Positions 11,979 to 23,900 of a stretch of 64,000 bases of DNA are shown here, in pieces. The position numbers and the translations under genes are program-made. The notes below the pieces were generated by a model. It was not told the DNA's origin. It worked only from the letters and a program-made list of their open reading frames with translations, and did not search any database. How positions within the stretch are numbered: position 1 is the first letter of the stretch; each line of letters starts with the position of its first letter. The stretch covers positions 868,001 to 932,000 of the forward strand of contig NW_027271580.1 of assembly GCF_040938485.1 (NCBI RefSeq), in the 5' to 3' direction. Source of the DNA: Diadema antillarum. Taxonomy: Eukaryota.

Positions 11979-14900
11979 ACACACACACATAGGCTTCACT
12001 TTTCATTCGTCGCCGTCGTCGACTATTTGGTTAAACAGAAAAATCCGTCTGTTCGGAGGAGTTGTATACCATTATTTTACTTTGGCGGTTCTCTGAGACA
12101 GAGAAGCCGGACGTAGTCTCCGCGGAACACATTCCCCGAAGATAACCAGACTGATTTTTCGGTGTACAATTTGGTGTATTCTCTCTAACTTTCCACAACT
12201 TTGAGCTATGACATCACATAAAGTGCCGGTCAAGTTTGAGTATTGGTCAAGTCGGACCAGATCAAAGGTCAAAAGGTCAATGAACTTACATTGAAGAACA
12301 CTATAATCACATATTGCGATATGCATGCGAGACATTGCTTGGCGTTTGCCTTTTTTAAGATTATTGCATGTTTTTCAAAAGTGACATTTGATTCTTAAAT
12401 TCTGATTCAAAACCAGTTAATTGCTGTGATGTCGCCATGAAAAATTTGCAGTTTACAACACAAAGATATATTATCCTTAAACAAAATATTTACACGGTTT
12501 ACAGTTTGCAGAATTAGGTGCGATAATTAGATGTTTTTATGCCCCCGCCACGGAATGTCGCTGAGGCATTATGTTTTCAGGTTGTCCGTCCATCCGTACG
12601 TCTTTCCATCCATCTGTCCTTCCGTCTGTAATCGATTTTGTGGACAGCGTAGCTTAAGAACCATTTGAGGTATCCACATGAAACTTGGCATATGTATGCG
12701 TGAGTGGACGGAGTTGTGCCTGTCAATTTTTTAATGCTTACGCTCAAGGTAAAAGGTCAAGGTCAAATTCTTAAAAATTTCCCTGTTCACTATATCTCTG
12801 CAATATCTGAAGGTATTCTCATGAAACTTAGCGTGTACATGTATGACCAGGTAAAGATTCTCTAGAGAAAGTTTTGGGCCGTGGGGTTAAGGTTCAAAGG
12901 TCAAGTGGAAATGCTAAAATTTCACTTGTTTTCTCCATATCTTGGAAATGGGTCACAATCACTCCATAAAATTTATTATATATGCATATATTGCCCGACT
13001 ATGATTCTCTTGAGAATTTTAGGGTCATGAGTCAAAGGTCAAGGGTCAAAGGTTAGATGAAGATTGAAAAAGCTGCTATATGATGATGAAATTACACTTT
13101 CCCCATTCCCTGAAAATTACCCAGTGCACACTCTTAATTAAATTAGGTAGGACGTATGTATATGTACTCACTGCACAATGATTATGTAATTGAAAATTTG
13201 GGCAATGGAGTCAAAGGTCAATTGAAGAATTATAAATGTCACTTTTTCCCCATATTAAAAACAAACTCAATTGTCATGAAAATTGGATATTCCGGGCCAT
13301 AATTAAATGAAGAAAAATATTGGCCAAGGGTCAAAAGTCAAGTGAAAATGCTCAAATTCCCGAATACTTGCTCAAACAAAATCTGGTTCAAGATAGAAAT
13401 CATATCAGATAGAAATGATATTAGAGTAAGGAATGGATATTGTGAAATTTATCACATCCTGTGGCAATAGGTTGTTGTTGTTTTCTTTTTTATAGTTAAG
13501 TATAGATAGACTTGGATGAAATTCTGAAAACCAACATTGTTCCTTGGTTTAAAGTGCCAGTTTATTCAAAGAGCATAATTATTAATTGACACACTTCTGT
13601 GTTGATTTTTTTTATACCTCCCTCCTAATTCTTACCACCTATCAGCTTGAACGAAACAGGCGCAACCATCACACCACTGAGTATGAATCTGAGGAGTTGT
13701 TTGTTCGTCGAGGACAAGACTTTGACATTGACGTGACATTCAACAAAGCCCCCAAGACAGAGGAGCTGGCACTGGAGCTCAGCATTCGAGGTGAGACCAG
13801 ACACCATCCATTATTATTCTCCCGGACCCTTCATCTGCTTGAAATAGCTAACTCCACAGAACATCTTTCATGCAATGCTGCCATGAGGTGTAATGGCACT
13901 AACAATGGCCTTCTCAAGACAGTATGCAATGCCAGGCTCTGTCCATTTTTGCTCAAACAAAATTGCACGGCTGACAGCCACAGCGTGCGATGGAACTTTT
14001 AACTACATGTCACGTGATGGGCAATCGACCAATCGGATAGATACATTCTTTTTAGGTGTTGTATAAAAGTTCTTTAACCTCTGATCTTTCCTTGTTTCAT
14101 TCATTTTGGAGAAATTCAGATGGAAGTGGTTAAGTAGGATTGTTTTCTGATGTATTTCATACAATTTCTGGAAACTTTGGTGATGTCCAGGTGGATGCTT
14201 TGATTATGATAAATATTTTGAAAGTCATTGATTTCTCAAGTAAATGTTGAAATTTGAACATAAATAAGCAAAATATCATGTGTACAGAGTGAATCTTCCT
14301 TTTAGAACCCAGTAAATTAACAGTAGCAATATGTAATTTTGTGGACATATGATTATGTTACATGCAGGGCTCAACATTAGGGATTGCCCGATGGCCTTGG
14401 GTTACTAAAAATTGATGTTGAGCCATCATATTTCCAAAAAGGCTAGCTCTCGGTGGTCCAATTGGGCAGCTAAAATTCAAAATGAATTTTTATAATTCCT
14501 TTTATTTGGGAATACCAACATTTCAAATTCAAAGATTTTAGAGGCCCAAATGGGCCACCAGGAAAAAAACAGTTAGTGCTGAGCCCTGTAGATGTATTAT
14601 CCATCACGTACCCTTAATATCATATCTTTGCCTTTCTCTCGTGAAGGGGCAAAAGTTTCGTCAATCAACCGTGGAACTATTGTGCGCATACCGTTCAACC
14701 GATCACACCATGTTCCCGGCGATTGGAGCATCCGGGTTGGCTCTGTGGAGGGAGCCAAGTATTCCCTGGTGGTTTCTTGTCCGGCTGACGCCATGGTTGG
14801 GAGATATGAGGTGGCCATCATCATTGTAGACAAGCTTGATGCTGGTGAGAGTGTAGATCCTTCCTCACAGAGACTTTGCTGGAGGGAGAAAAGGTCCTAT

Positions 14901-17900
14901 TTGGTGCCATCTCAGAGATAATGGCCCAAATTTTACAAAGACATTTCACAATCAAATACATGTGAGAAGTAGCCATACCTTGTAAATGGTCTGTGAAAAG
15001 AGTTGCTGGACATAATTGCGTCGGGGCAGCAAATTTCAAACTGCATTTCCCAACAAAATTGAGATATAAAATGCCAAAAGCGTGCTATCCTGTTGCTGTG
15101 GTAGCAGTAGTGCACATTGATACAGTTGTGCAATTTTGTTGAATTCAATTTGCTAGTTACGAGACAAGGGTTAAAGAATATAATGTATTAGAGTCATTGT
15201 ATTAATTTAATGCAAAAGTAATTAAGATATTCAAACCTTTTTTAAACAAAACTACTAAAACTGTAAATGAAAAACTGAGGTTTTACTGTGCATATTGATC
15301 ATACCCAAGGTAATTGGTAGCATGGATCAGTGCCTTTGTGCAGATCATCCTTGAACATTCCTTTAGGCATTGGGGCTCTTTATGAGAGCAGGCATACCAC
15401 TATGAAACAAATTAGATGCACAGGATGTGATGAGATGCTCAACGTTGCGAAAACGATGATTTGATTGTGATTAAAACTGGCAGCAGCTGCATGCAGTACT
15501 GAAACAATGTTGGACCTCCTTATCTTCCCCAGAGCCAAGATTTTTCAAGCAATCGCCGCTCATCTACGTTGTGTTCAATCCATGGTGTGCCGAAGACACC
15601 GTGTTCATGAATGGGGAGGATGAGAAGAAGGAGTATGTGCTGAATGAGAGCGGGTTTGTGTTTACTGGGACGGCCAGGCAGGGCCAGCAGTGGGCTCGTC
15701 CATGGATCTTTGGTCAGTTTGAGGAATCGGTCATCAAAGTCATCTTTGACCTCCTCGAGAAGTAGGTGTTTACTGTAAACACGTTGTGGTTGTTGTTTAG
15801 GGAGGGTCAATGTGTAACACCTTGTGAATTCTGTAGCTCCTGTATTCCAAGTAGGCATATAAACACAAACAAATGTATGTTTTTGTGAATTTAAGATCAA
15901 TTTATCACAAGTTCTTGCAGTGAGAGGTAGAAATGTTTCATGAAAAAACACTTCTTTACTTAATTATGACAAGATTATTAGATGTGTCTCCAATTGTCTA
16001 TAAAATATTTTTCCTTTTCTTGTAGCTGTGAGAGAGTATTTGCCATTCACTTGATGAGTCATCATTAGGTTATCTGGTATCTTGAATTAAGTTGTGTGAT
16101 ATGTGTACAATTTCTCAACTTAATCCTGGCTCTGCATTTTCAGACCCATTATAAAAATGTGCACTAAAACCACAAATTTCATCAATTCTTTAACCCTAAC
16201 TAGGCCGGGCTATTTAGGTAGTTGATAGAGCCCGGGGGGGGAGGGGGGGGGGGGGGCCTCCCAGGCCCCCCCCCTCCAGATCTCGGCCGTCGACCGCGCG
16301 ATCGCGACGAAAATTGGCACACACATTGCCTATGATGTAATCTAAAATACCATGGAGCCATTTTTTTCAAAAAATCATCATTTATGCTAAATTATGCTAA
16401 TTTATGCATGATGATGCATAAAATTGGACTATTTGGTATAAATCACAAAATAAAGCTCAAAACAGGCACATTTTTTGTGTAAATATTCTTTTTAGTGTCC
16501 TTAGCAAATGTTATAAAAAAATTGTGATATCAGAAAAAATTCTTAAGTATTTTATTGTTTTTTGGAATTTCTTATGTATTTCTTTGTTTTTTCGACTTTA
16601 TGTTTTTCATTGTTTTTTCGATGAAATTTGTCCGCGACATCGCTCCGAACAAGAAAATATGTTATTCATTGATTTTAATCAATAAAACACCAAAATAATC
16701 ATGCTTTTATGAAATTTGCCTGTAAGCACAGTTTGCATTGAAATTGTACACGAATTAACGTTTTTGAGTAATTTTTGGTCTGACATGCATGTACATATTT
16801 ATGCGTAACTTCGGAACCACGCGCCTGGGCATCACAAATTTGGTGTCAAAAGATGCAGGAGACTCGAAAGAAAGAAGTCATGAAACGTCGCGGCGATAGC
16901 TTTTTGCGATTGCGATACATCGCGCGGAACGTCGAGGGGGGGGCCTCTGAGGCCCCCCCCCGGCCTAGTAAGGGTTAAGGGTTTCTTGTACTCAAGGATA
17001 CCAGTGTTGTTATTTTCATTGTGCAAAGTCTCCTGGATTTACCCAGAAGTTAGTCAGGTTGCAGAGTTGTTGAATGATTGGCAGGCTTTGGTTACTATTA
17101 CCCTTGTCGTTTCCTTTAAGTCTGGGAAATTAGTGGATTTGATGTAAGGAGTCGCAGCTCTTCTACAGAATTCTTTATTTGTTTTTCACCCACTACATCT
17201 GCTATACTAGATATGAAATTGTGAAATTCTTCTGAGAAATTACAGGAAAGAATGTATGGGTTCTATTTTGTATTTCTAAGTTGCTTCGATTCCGACAGAG
17301 TATGATATTATTAAATTGTCATTGCCCTTGTGTATTTGCTGTTTTTGTGCCTAAGGCACACTCGCGATGGAGCCAGAAGGGACCCAGTGGTTGTGTCCAG
17401 GAAGTTCACCGGTCTCATAAACTACATGCCGGTGTGGGGCCGGGAGGAGACCAAGACTGGAATCCTTGTGGGAAACTGGAGCGGAGAATATGACGATGGT
17501 GAGAGCAGGGATGTGTTACATAGATCGAGTGGCAACTCTTCATCATTCATGCAAACACATGCTTGGGTTCAAAGCGTTGACAATAGGATGTCTAACATTC
17601 CACTACACTACACATTACTACAGTAATGCTTTGCACTGCGTTAGTTGCAAGACGAAGTTTGGAGACAACGAGTGCATTTCACTTTTCATCGAATTACGAG
17701 CTATATTTCACCGTAAAATCTGAAGTGAAATGCTCGAATTTATTGAGAAGAGTTTTAGGAAAGAATTCGATATTATAAACATATATTTCTATGTCGCCAA
17801 TCGATATGAAATGAAAATTAGGTCCTCTTAAAAACCTAAAATTTTTCTATGATGTGCACATTTGCTCATGTTATTTTTTAATCTTTCAATCTGGGATATT

Positions 17901-20900
17901 TTGATCTTTCAAATAAAGTCCTCTGCTATAGCGTGTTCCAGCATGCTTTTAAACTTTTTACTCTTAAAATTGTCGGTTTCACACTGCATTTTGATTCGCT
18001 GCTCCAGCTCAAGGTACACAAATTAATTGTTGTCATCGCATTCAGAGAGAGAGTGAACTGCAGTAAGGGGAAGTCTTTCCTGGTGTGAGAGCCGTAGTAC
18101 GGAGCCCCGATTATTGCATGCTCTCTTTTGTCAAAGCACCTGGTTCCCACCTGTAGTTAAGCGCATAACTTCTCGGTGGTGCCACGCCTGACTTCAAAGG
18201 AGAGCGGGAGTTGTATCTCCTTCTCTCACACCTCCCTGGTGAGAGGAAAATGCTGCCACACATTTTTTTTCGGAGAGGTTATTTTCAAGGGAAACATAGT
18301 TCTCACCTGTGCAAGAATCCCAGACCCTTCCCCTGACCCTAACCCTAATCCTAATCCTGAACTTAATTCTAACTTTAACCCGCACTCTTACCCTAAACCT
18401 TACCCTAGCTGAAATCTTTACTCTAACCTTATCACTAACCAGTATTTAGCCAGGGGGTAATTGCCCTAGGGGTGGGGGTGGGGGTGGGGAATTGCCTTGA
18501 TGTATTCAGTGTGAAAGAATGCCAAAATAGCTCAACTTCAGTTGTGTAAAGATGAAAATGTGGAATATTAACCAAAGATGTCTGCTGGAAGTACTACAGT
18601 CTCAGGGTATGCCAGATCATGGTTGCTATGCAAATCAATTTCCTCATATGAATGAATTTCATTTCATGTCCAAACCAGGTACGAGTCCAAGCAAATGGAC
18701 AGGCAGCACGAAGATCTATGAACAGTATGCAGCAACCAGGGAAGCAGTCAAGTATGGGCAGTGCTGGGTCTTCAGCGGCGTCCTGAATACCGCCATGCGC
18801 TGCCTCGGAATCCCATCTCGCAGCGTCACCAACTTTTCCTCCGCTCATGACACCGACAACAGCATGACCATCGACACAGTCTACGATGCAGACACCTTTG
18901 AAGAGGTGGAGTACCTGAGCAACGACTCGGTCTGGAACTTCCACGTCTGGAACGAGGTGTGGATGGCACGCCCAGACTTGATCAAGGGTATGGGAGGCTG
19001 GCAGGTTGTCGATGCCACGCCCCAGGAAACCAGCGAAGGTAAAGAGAAGTCATCCTAGCTGTGCAATCCATCCATTCATTACTCACCTTAAAGGGGAATT
19101 CCAGACGATTTACATGATAATCACATCCTGCAGTACATAAATGGATAGCGCCAGGCATAGATTTGTGGAATTTGATGCGGTCCTTGAGCAGATAAACCAA
19201 TACCGTATACTATGAAAAACCCAAAATTTGATACATTGAAGAAGGATGATGACATCGGAGTCTCACATATTCCAGTAACGTAGCAATGTCATTCTATTAC
19301 AATAACCCTCGCTAAACAACTTTACCTGTGTAGACTTTATGCATATTTTTTTTTCTTTTGTTCTGCTTTGTTGAGCACCCAGTCATGCATTCTTATGTCA
19401 AGCTGCTATGTCATCATCCTTGTTCGTTGTGATTTGTTATGAATTTTGACAACATATTTGTCCCTCATCCCACTCTGTGTAAATTCTTGAAATCTGTACC
19501 AAGTTTAACCAATTTATAGATGTTCAAATGCAAAAGTCGGAAAATTATCCAGAAATCTCCTTTTGTACCAAACAATAAGGATTTTGTTTGAAGTGCAACT
19601 TCCTCGAGTAGGCTCAGTGACATATAGCACGTATGACAGTCATTATGTAAAAGAGGAAAAATGAGGTTCATGTATTACAAAGACTCAACAATTTGATATC
19701 TCAAGTACTGCCTGTCTGAATTTCAGAGTCTATAAAGAATGTTAGGAAATTAAAAACAATTTAATTGTCCCTGAGGCATGGTGCTGTATATTTCTTTAAT
19801 CGACATAATATTTGAATGCATGCTCTCCTGCGCATTTGACTGGAGTTTGGTGTCAGGATCCATTTTTTTTTTTCAAAAATGCATTTTATATGGAGCCCAA
19901 AGCCCTATGAACTCTAACATTGTATTATTATTTGTTGTTATTGTTGTTGCTCCATTTTTTTTCTCTGAAACATCATGCTCATCTTCCTTAACCCTTCAGG
20001 AATCTTCCAGACTGGTCCAGCCCCCAAGATGGCCATCAAACAGGGACTCACCTATCTCAACTATGACACCAAGTATGTGACATTCACTAAGTAGCACAGC
20101 CCCGAGCTCCCCTTGTCCTGTAGGCTTAGCGACAAACAAAACTCATGGGAAATGATCTGGAGCCCATTATGTTACTTTGCAGATATTTTCATCTGATTAG
20201 TTGTCTCCTTTGCTACTGCCATAGTAACTGCTTATCATAGAGACCTTCACTGATTGCAAATCTCCATTAAGGAACCCCCCCCCCCCCAGCCTAATATTAT
20301 TTTCTTGATGTTTACATGGATATTATCACTGGAAAGTGTGTTCAGTACCTGTTGAAAAAATAGAAACTTTATAGATGATATCAGATCAAGAGATGTTACC
20401 TTGTTTTAGTTTGTGATGATGATCTCTTCTTTGCAATAAATGATGACTTAAAGGGGGACAGTTGCAGTTGCCTCTTATGATTTATCCAAAGAATTTTCTT
20501 ATATTTCTGTGTACAAGCCAATGGGAGAGATGAGATATGATGTCATTTCCAAGTATAATTTTTATCTTTTAGCAACCAATATCACTATCAAACGAAAAAT
20601 GTGTACAACTTATGAAAATTCTACATATCCAATTTTCATAGACCCTCATCATCTTCACAAAGCATCTAAAAACTCACTTGTTTCATTAATGATCCCATTG
20701 TACAGCACATTTAAACTTGTATGTATATGGAAAATGCGTTACATAAATGTATTGTTGTTTTTGATGTTTTTGTTGTTTTTGTTGTTGTTGTCATGTAGCT
20801 GTCAAATCTTCATAATTGTGTTGTTTGCTCCCTGAAACTTTAAATAATTTTCTTGAGTCGTGTTCAAAGAATATGCTACAAAAACTACCCCAATATAGGA

Positions 20901-23900
20901 ATTGCTGTTGTTCATTTAGATGCATGTAGCACAGAAGTACTTCCCTGAAAGCTCTTGGGAATCTTTCTAATTTGTTGTGTAAATGCTAGCAGCACTGCGT
21001 GGTACCATTTTGTACTACTGTATACTATTGTCTGATTTTGCTCAAACTAGACAAAAGTAAGCTTGAACATGGTTTTGAATTGCACTCAAAGGCTTATAGG
21101 CCCATATCTTGTTTTTTGTCGCCTAGGAGATCGAGTTGGATTTCAGAGTCGGCGATTCCCCTGGTTAGCACATCCCGCATAATTGTGTCAGTGTAATTAA
21201 CATCTGCACCACAGGAGGGGCAGGCTATGATGAATTTGCAAATGTCTGCCTGACCTCGTAGGCGAGCTCCGAAGCTGCGAACTGTCTCGTCTCTATCTTG
21301 ACGCATGTTGTGGAGCGTTACACGGGCAACCATGGTGTTCTCCTCACGAACCGCAAGCTTCTTGATGGCTGCCAGCACCTCGTCCTCAGTTTTGTTGGTG
21401 AGGCTGCCACCAGCGGCTCTTGTGAGGTCCTTCCGGAGGGGTTCATCGCAACATTCAAGGAGCTGTACGACCCTGTCTTTCCCTGTGATCTTGGTGGCAT
21501 CCACATAGTCGGACCACCTTGACGTGAAGTAGTTCCATTCCTCGCTGGTACCAGCAGCAGCAACCGTTGGCCTCTTAACCTTCTCTACCTTGGCAACTTG
21601 TCCAGAGGTGTGAATGGCAGTGTGGGCGGTGAGGAGGGCAGCTACGATGGCGGCGTCAAGGTCTGGTGTGGTGTAGTCACAGTTGGGTATGGGGCAGCTA
21701 ACCGCAGGCATGTTGGCGAGTTGATCGAATTAAGTTCACAATACCGTGTTCATAAATAAGAACTCTGTCTCTTTGTTTCAGAGCTGCGTACCTTCAGGTG
21801 CTATAGCCAACAATGAACACGGTATCTGCAGGTTGAAAGAGAAGGGCAGATGCACTGATGAGTAATGTAATCCTCTAATGTATGGAATCAAAGTCATAAT
21901 GTCACCGAATCATTCTGATTACAATAGATTCTGCTTCGCTGAAGTGAACGCCGACCGAATCACGTGGATCGCGAAAAAGACTGGAAGGGGCAAGCCTGAT
22001 ATGAAGGTGTTCCAGATAAACAAGAATGCTGTGGGGAAATATATCAGCACCACCCGTGTCTCCAGCGTCACAGTGTCTCGCTGGAATGCCAGGGAAGATA
22101 TCACTCACGAGTACAAGTTTAAAGAAGGTATGTGCTGCACTCAGTCAGGCCTTGGAGGGGTTCTGAAGTTATATATACTATACAACTAGAAATGTTTGCC
22201 ACGTGAATCTTTTGCGAAGTGGAACCAATAGCCTTTTTTACGGCATGAAACTTTTGCGAATTGCCGACCATGAAAAAAAATTATGAGTGTTGTGCATGTA
22301 CTTGTGGCACTGGAATTGTTGAAGCTCTCAGCACTCTGACTTTTCTAGCAGAGAAATTAAGTGATGCCATATTGCTGTTTTGTTTTGTTTTGTTTTCTGA
22401 TTGACAGCACGTATGTTATGATATATATCATAACATATATGATATGTTAGAATATACGACAGAGTTTTTCTTTTAATGCCTCACATGTTTTTCTAACTTT
22501 CTCTTATTTCTTTGCCTTGTGATATGTTTTTCCACCTAAATAAAAATCTGTAAAAAAAGAAATCTTCATTTGCTTAGAATGAGAATATGGGCATCCCCCT
22601 GGTCTTCACTACATCACTGGTAGTTTCAAAAATACAATGTAGATGTATAACTGTGCTGATAGACTTTGAAGGACTTGCTCGTTCAAAAGGCCAGTAATGA
22701 TGTAATTATGATTTGCCTGGCATATGTCCAGATGAGGAGCAGAGGTGTTTTGGAGGTTACTGAATCCTTTCATATTGTTTGCTCTTTTGGCAGATGGGGA
22801 CGAGGAACGCATGGCCGTAGAGCGAGCAGTGTCCTTCGGCACCAGGCCCAACACGTACGGGGTCGACGAACAGGCTGACAAAGTAGAAATGGAGATCATT
22901 CTGGCTGAGCGCATTCCTGTCGGCGAGGACTTCGATGTGGCGATCAAATTCAACAACAAAAGTTCGGTTGAGAGACACATGAAACTTGTGTTCAACGCCC
23001 ACATCTGTTACTACACAGGTATGGCAAGGTTGTTACCTGAAGCAGATTTGGAAGGCTGGGAAAAAATGGAGCAAAGTAGTACAGAGTCGGGAGACAAGTT
23101 TTTCTCCAAAAAGTGTGTATTTTGCAGTGCATGACTATGTTTTTTTTAGAATTTGCAGTAGTTGGCAGCCCTCATGATGGCTATATCCTTGCAGATTATC
23201 ATGACTACATAAAGCTGCGTTTACACCATGTTCCTGGTGGCCATGGCTGCCCCATTTGCCCGAAACTTAGTGTGCCGTGAGTAGATGAGACATTCTCCTG
23301 TTTTTCCCACCTTCGCATTCTAGTCTTCTTCGATACAGTCCTCACCCCGATGAACATATTGCTATCAGATGCTTTTCTCGCAGCATGTGGTCAGGCTAGA
23401 CTATCTATATTTTCAGTCGCGTCCTGCTACGGACAACCTCCAAGTTTTGTTACAGCCTATTACGTGCCACCCCGTTTTGTTACGTTCACCACGTTTTATC
23501 GTTGCATACAAGATTCCTCATTAGCACTGAGACTGCTGTGGCAAATTTTTTGATAGTCTAAAAATCTGACATGGCATCCACAGCAATCACGGCCTGTCAC
23601 ATTTGCCTATTCTTTCTTAAGGTGTTGTTTCAAGTCCATCCTGTTTTGTCCATGCTGCCCTGAAATGGGGCTGCCATGGTCGCTGGGAACATGTTGTAAA
23701 AGCAGCTTTAAGGGTACAGATTTATGTATGAGTAGACATAAGCCATTGCTTATGGGAAACCAGTGTGTCTGCTCACAAATTCGTGAAGGGTTTCAAAGAC
23801 TCGGTAGTGTAGGGATACCATGGGGTGCGAAGACTGGCCTGGCTCAAATAATCGGACAATTCCAGTGACAAAGTGTGTGCAGCTTTGTCACTGATCTCTG

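Noticed and set aside
21298-21563. Short ORFs overlapping gag in other frames or on the other strand
   Set aside because: Shadows of the GC-rich gag ORF.
21751-21830. Possible short LTR (TGTTCAT...ATGAACA) plus PBS for the gag element
   Set aside because: Too short, no second LTR, and the following sequence matches no tRNA 3' end I recognise.
23211-23890. Harbinger-like left end AAAGCTGCGTTTACAC
   Set aside because: No convincing right TIR (only an 8-bp match), so the element cannot be delimited.
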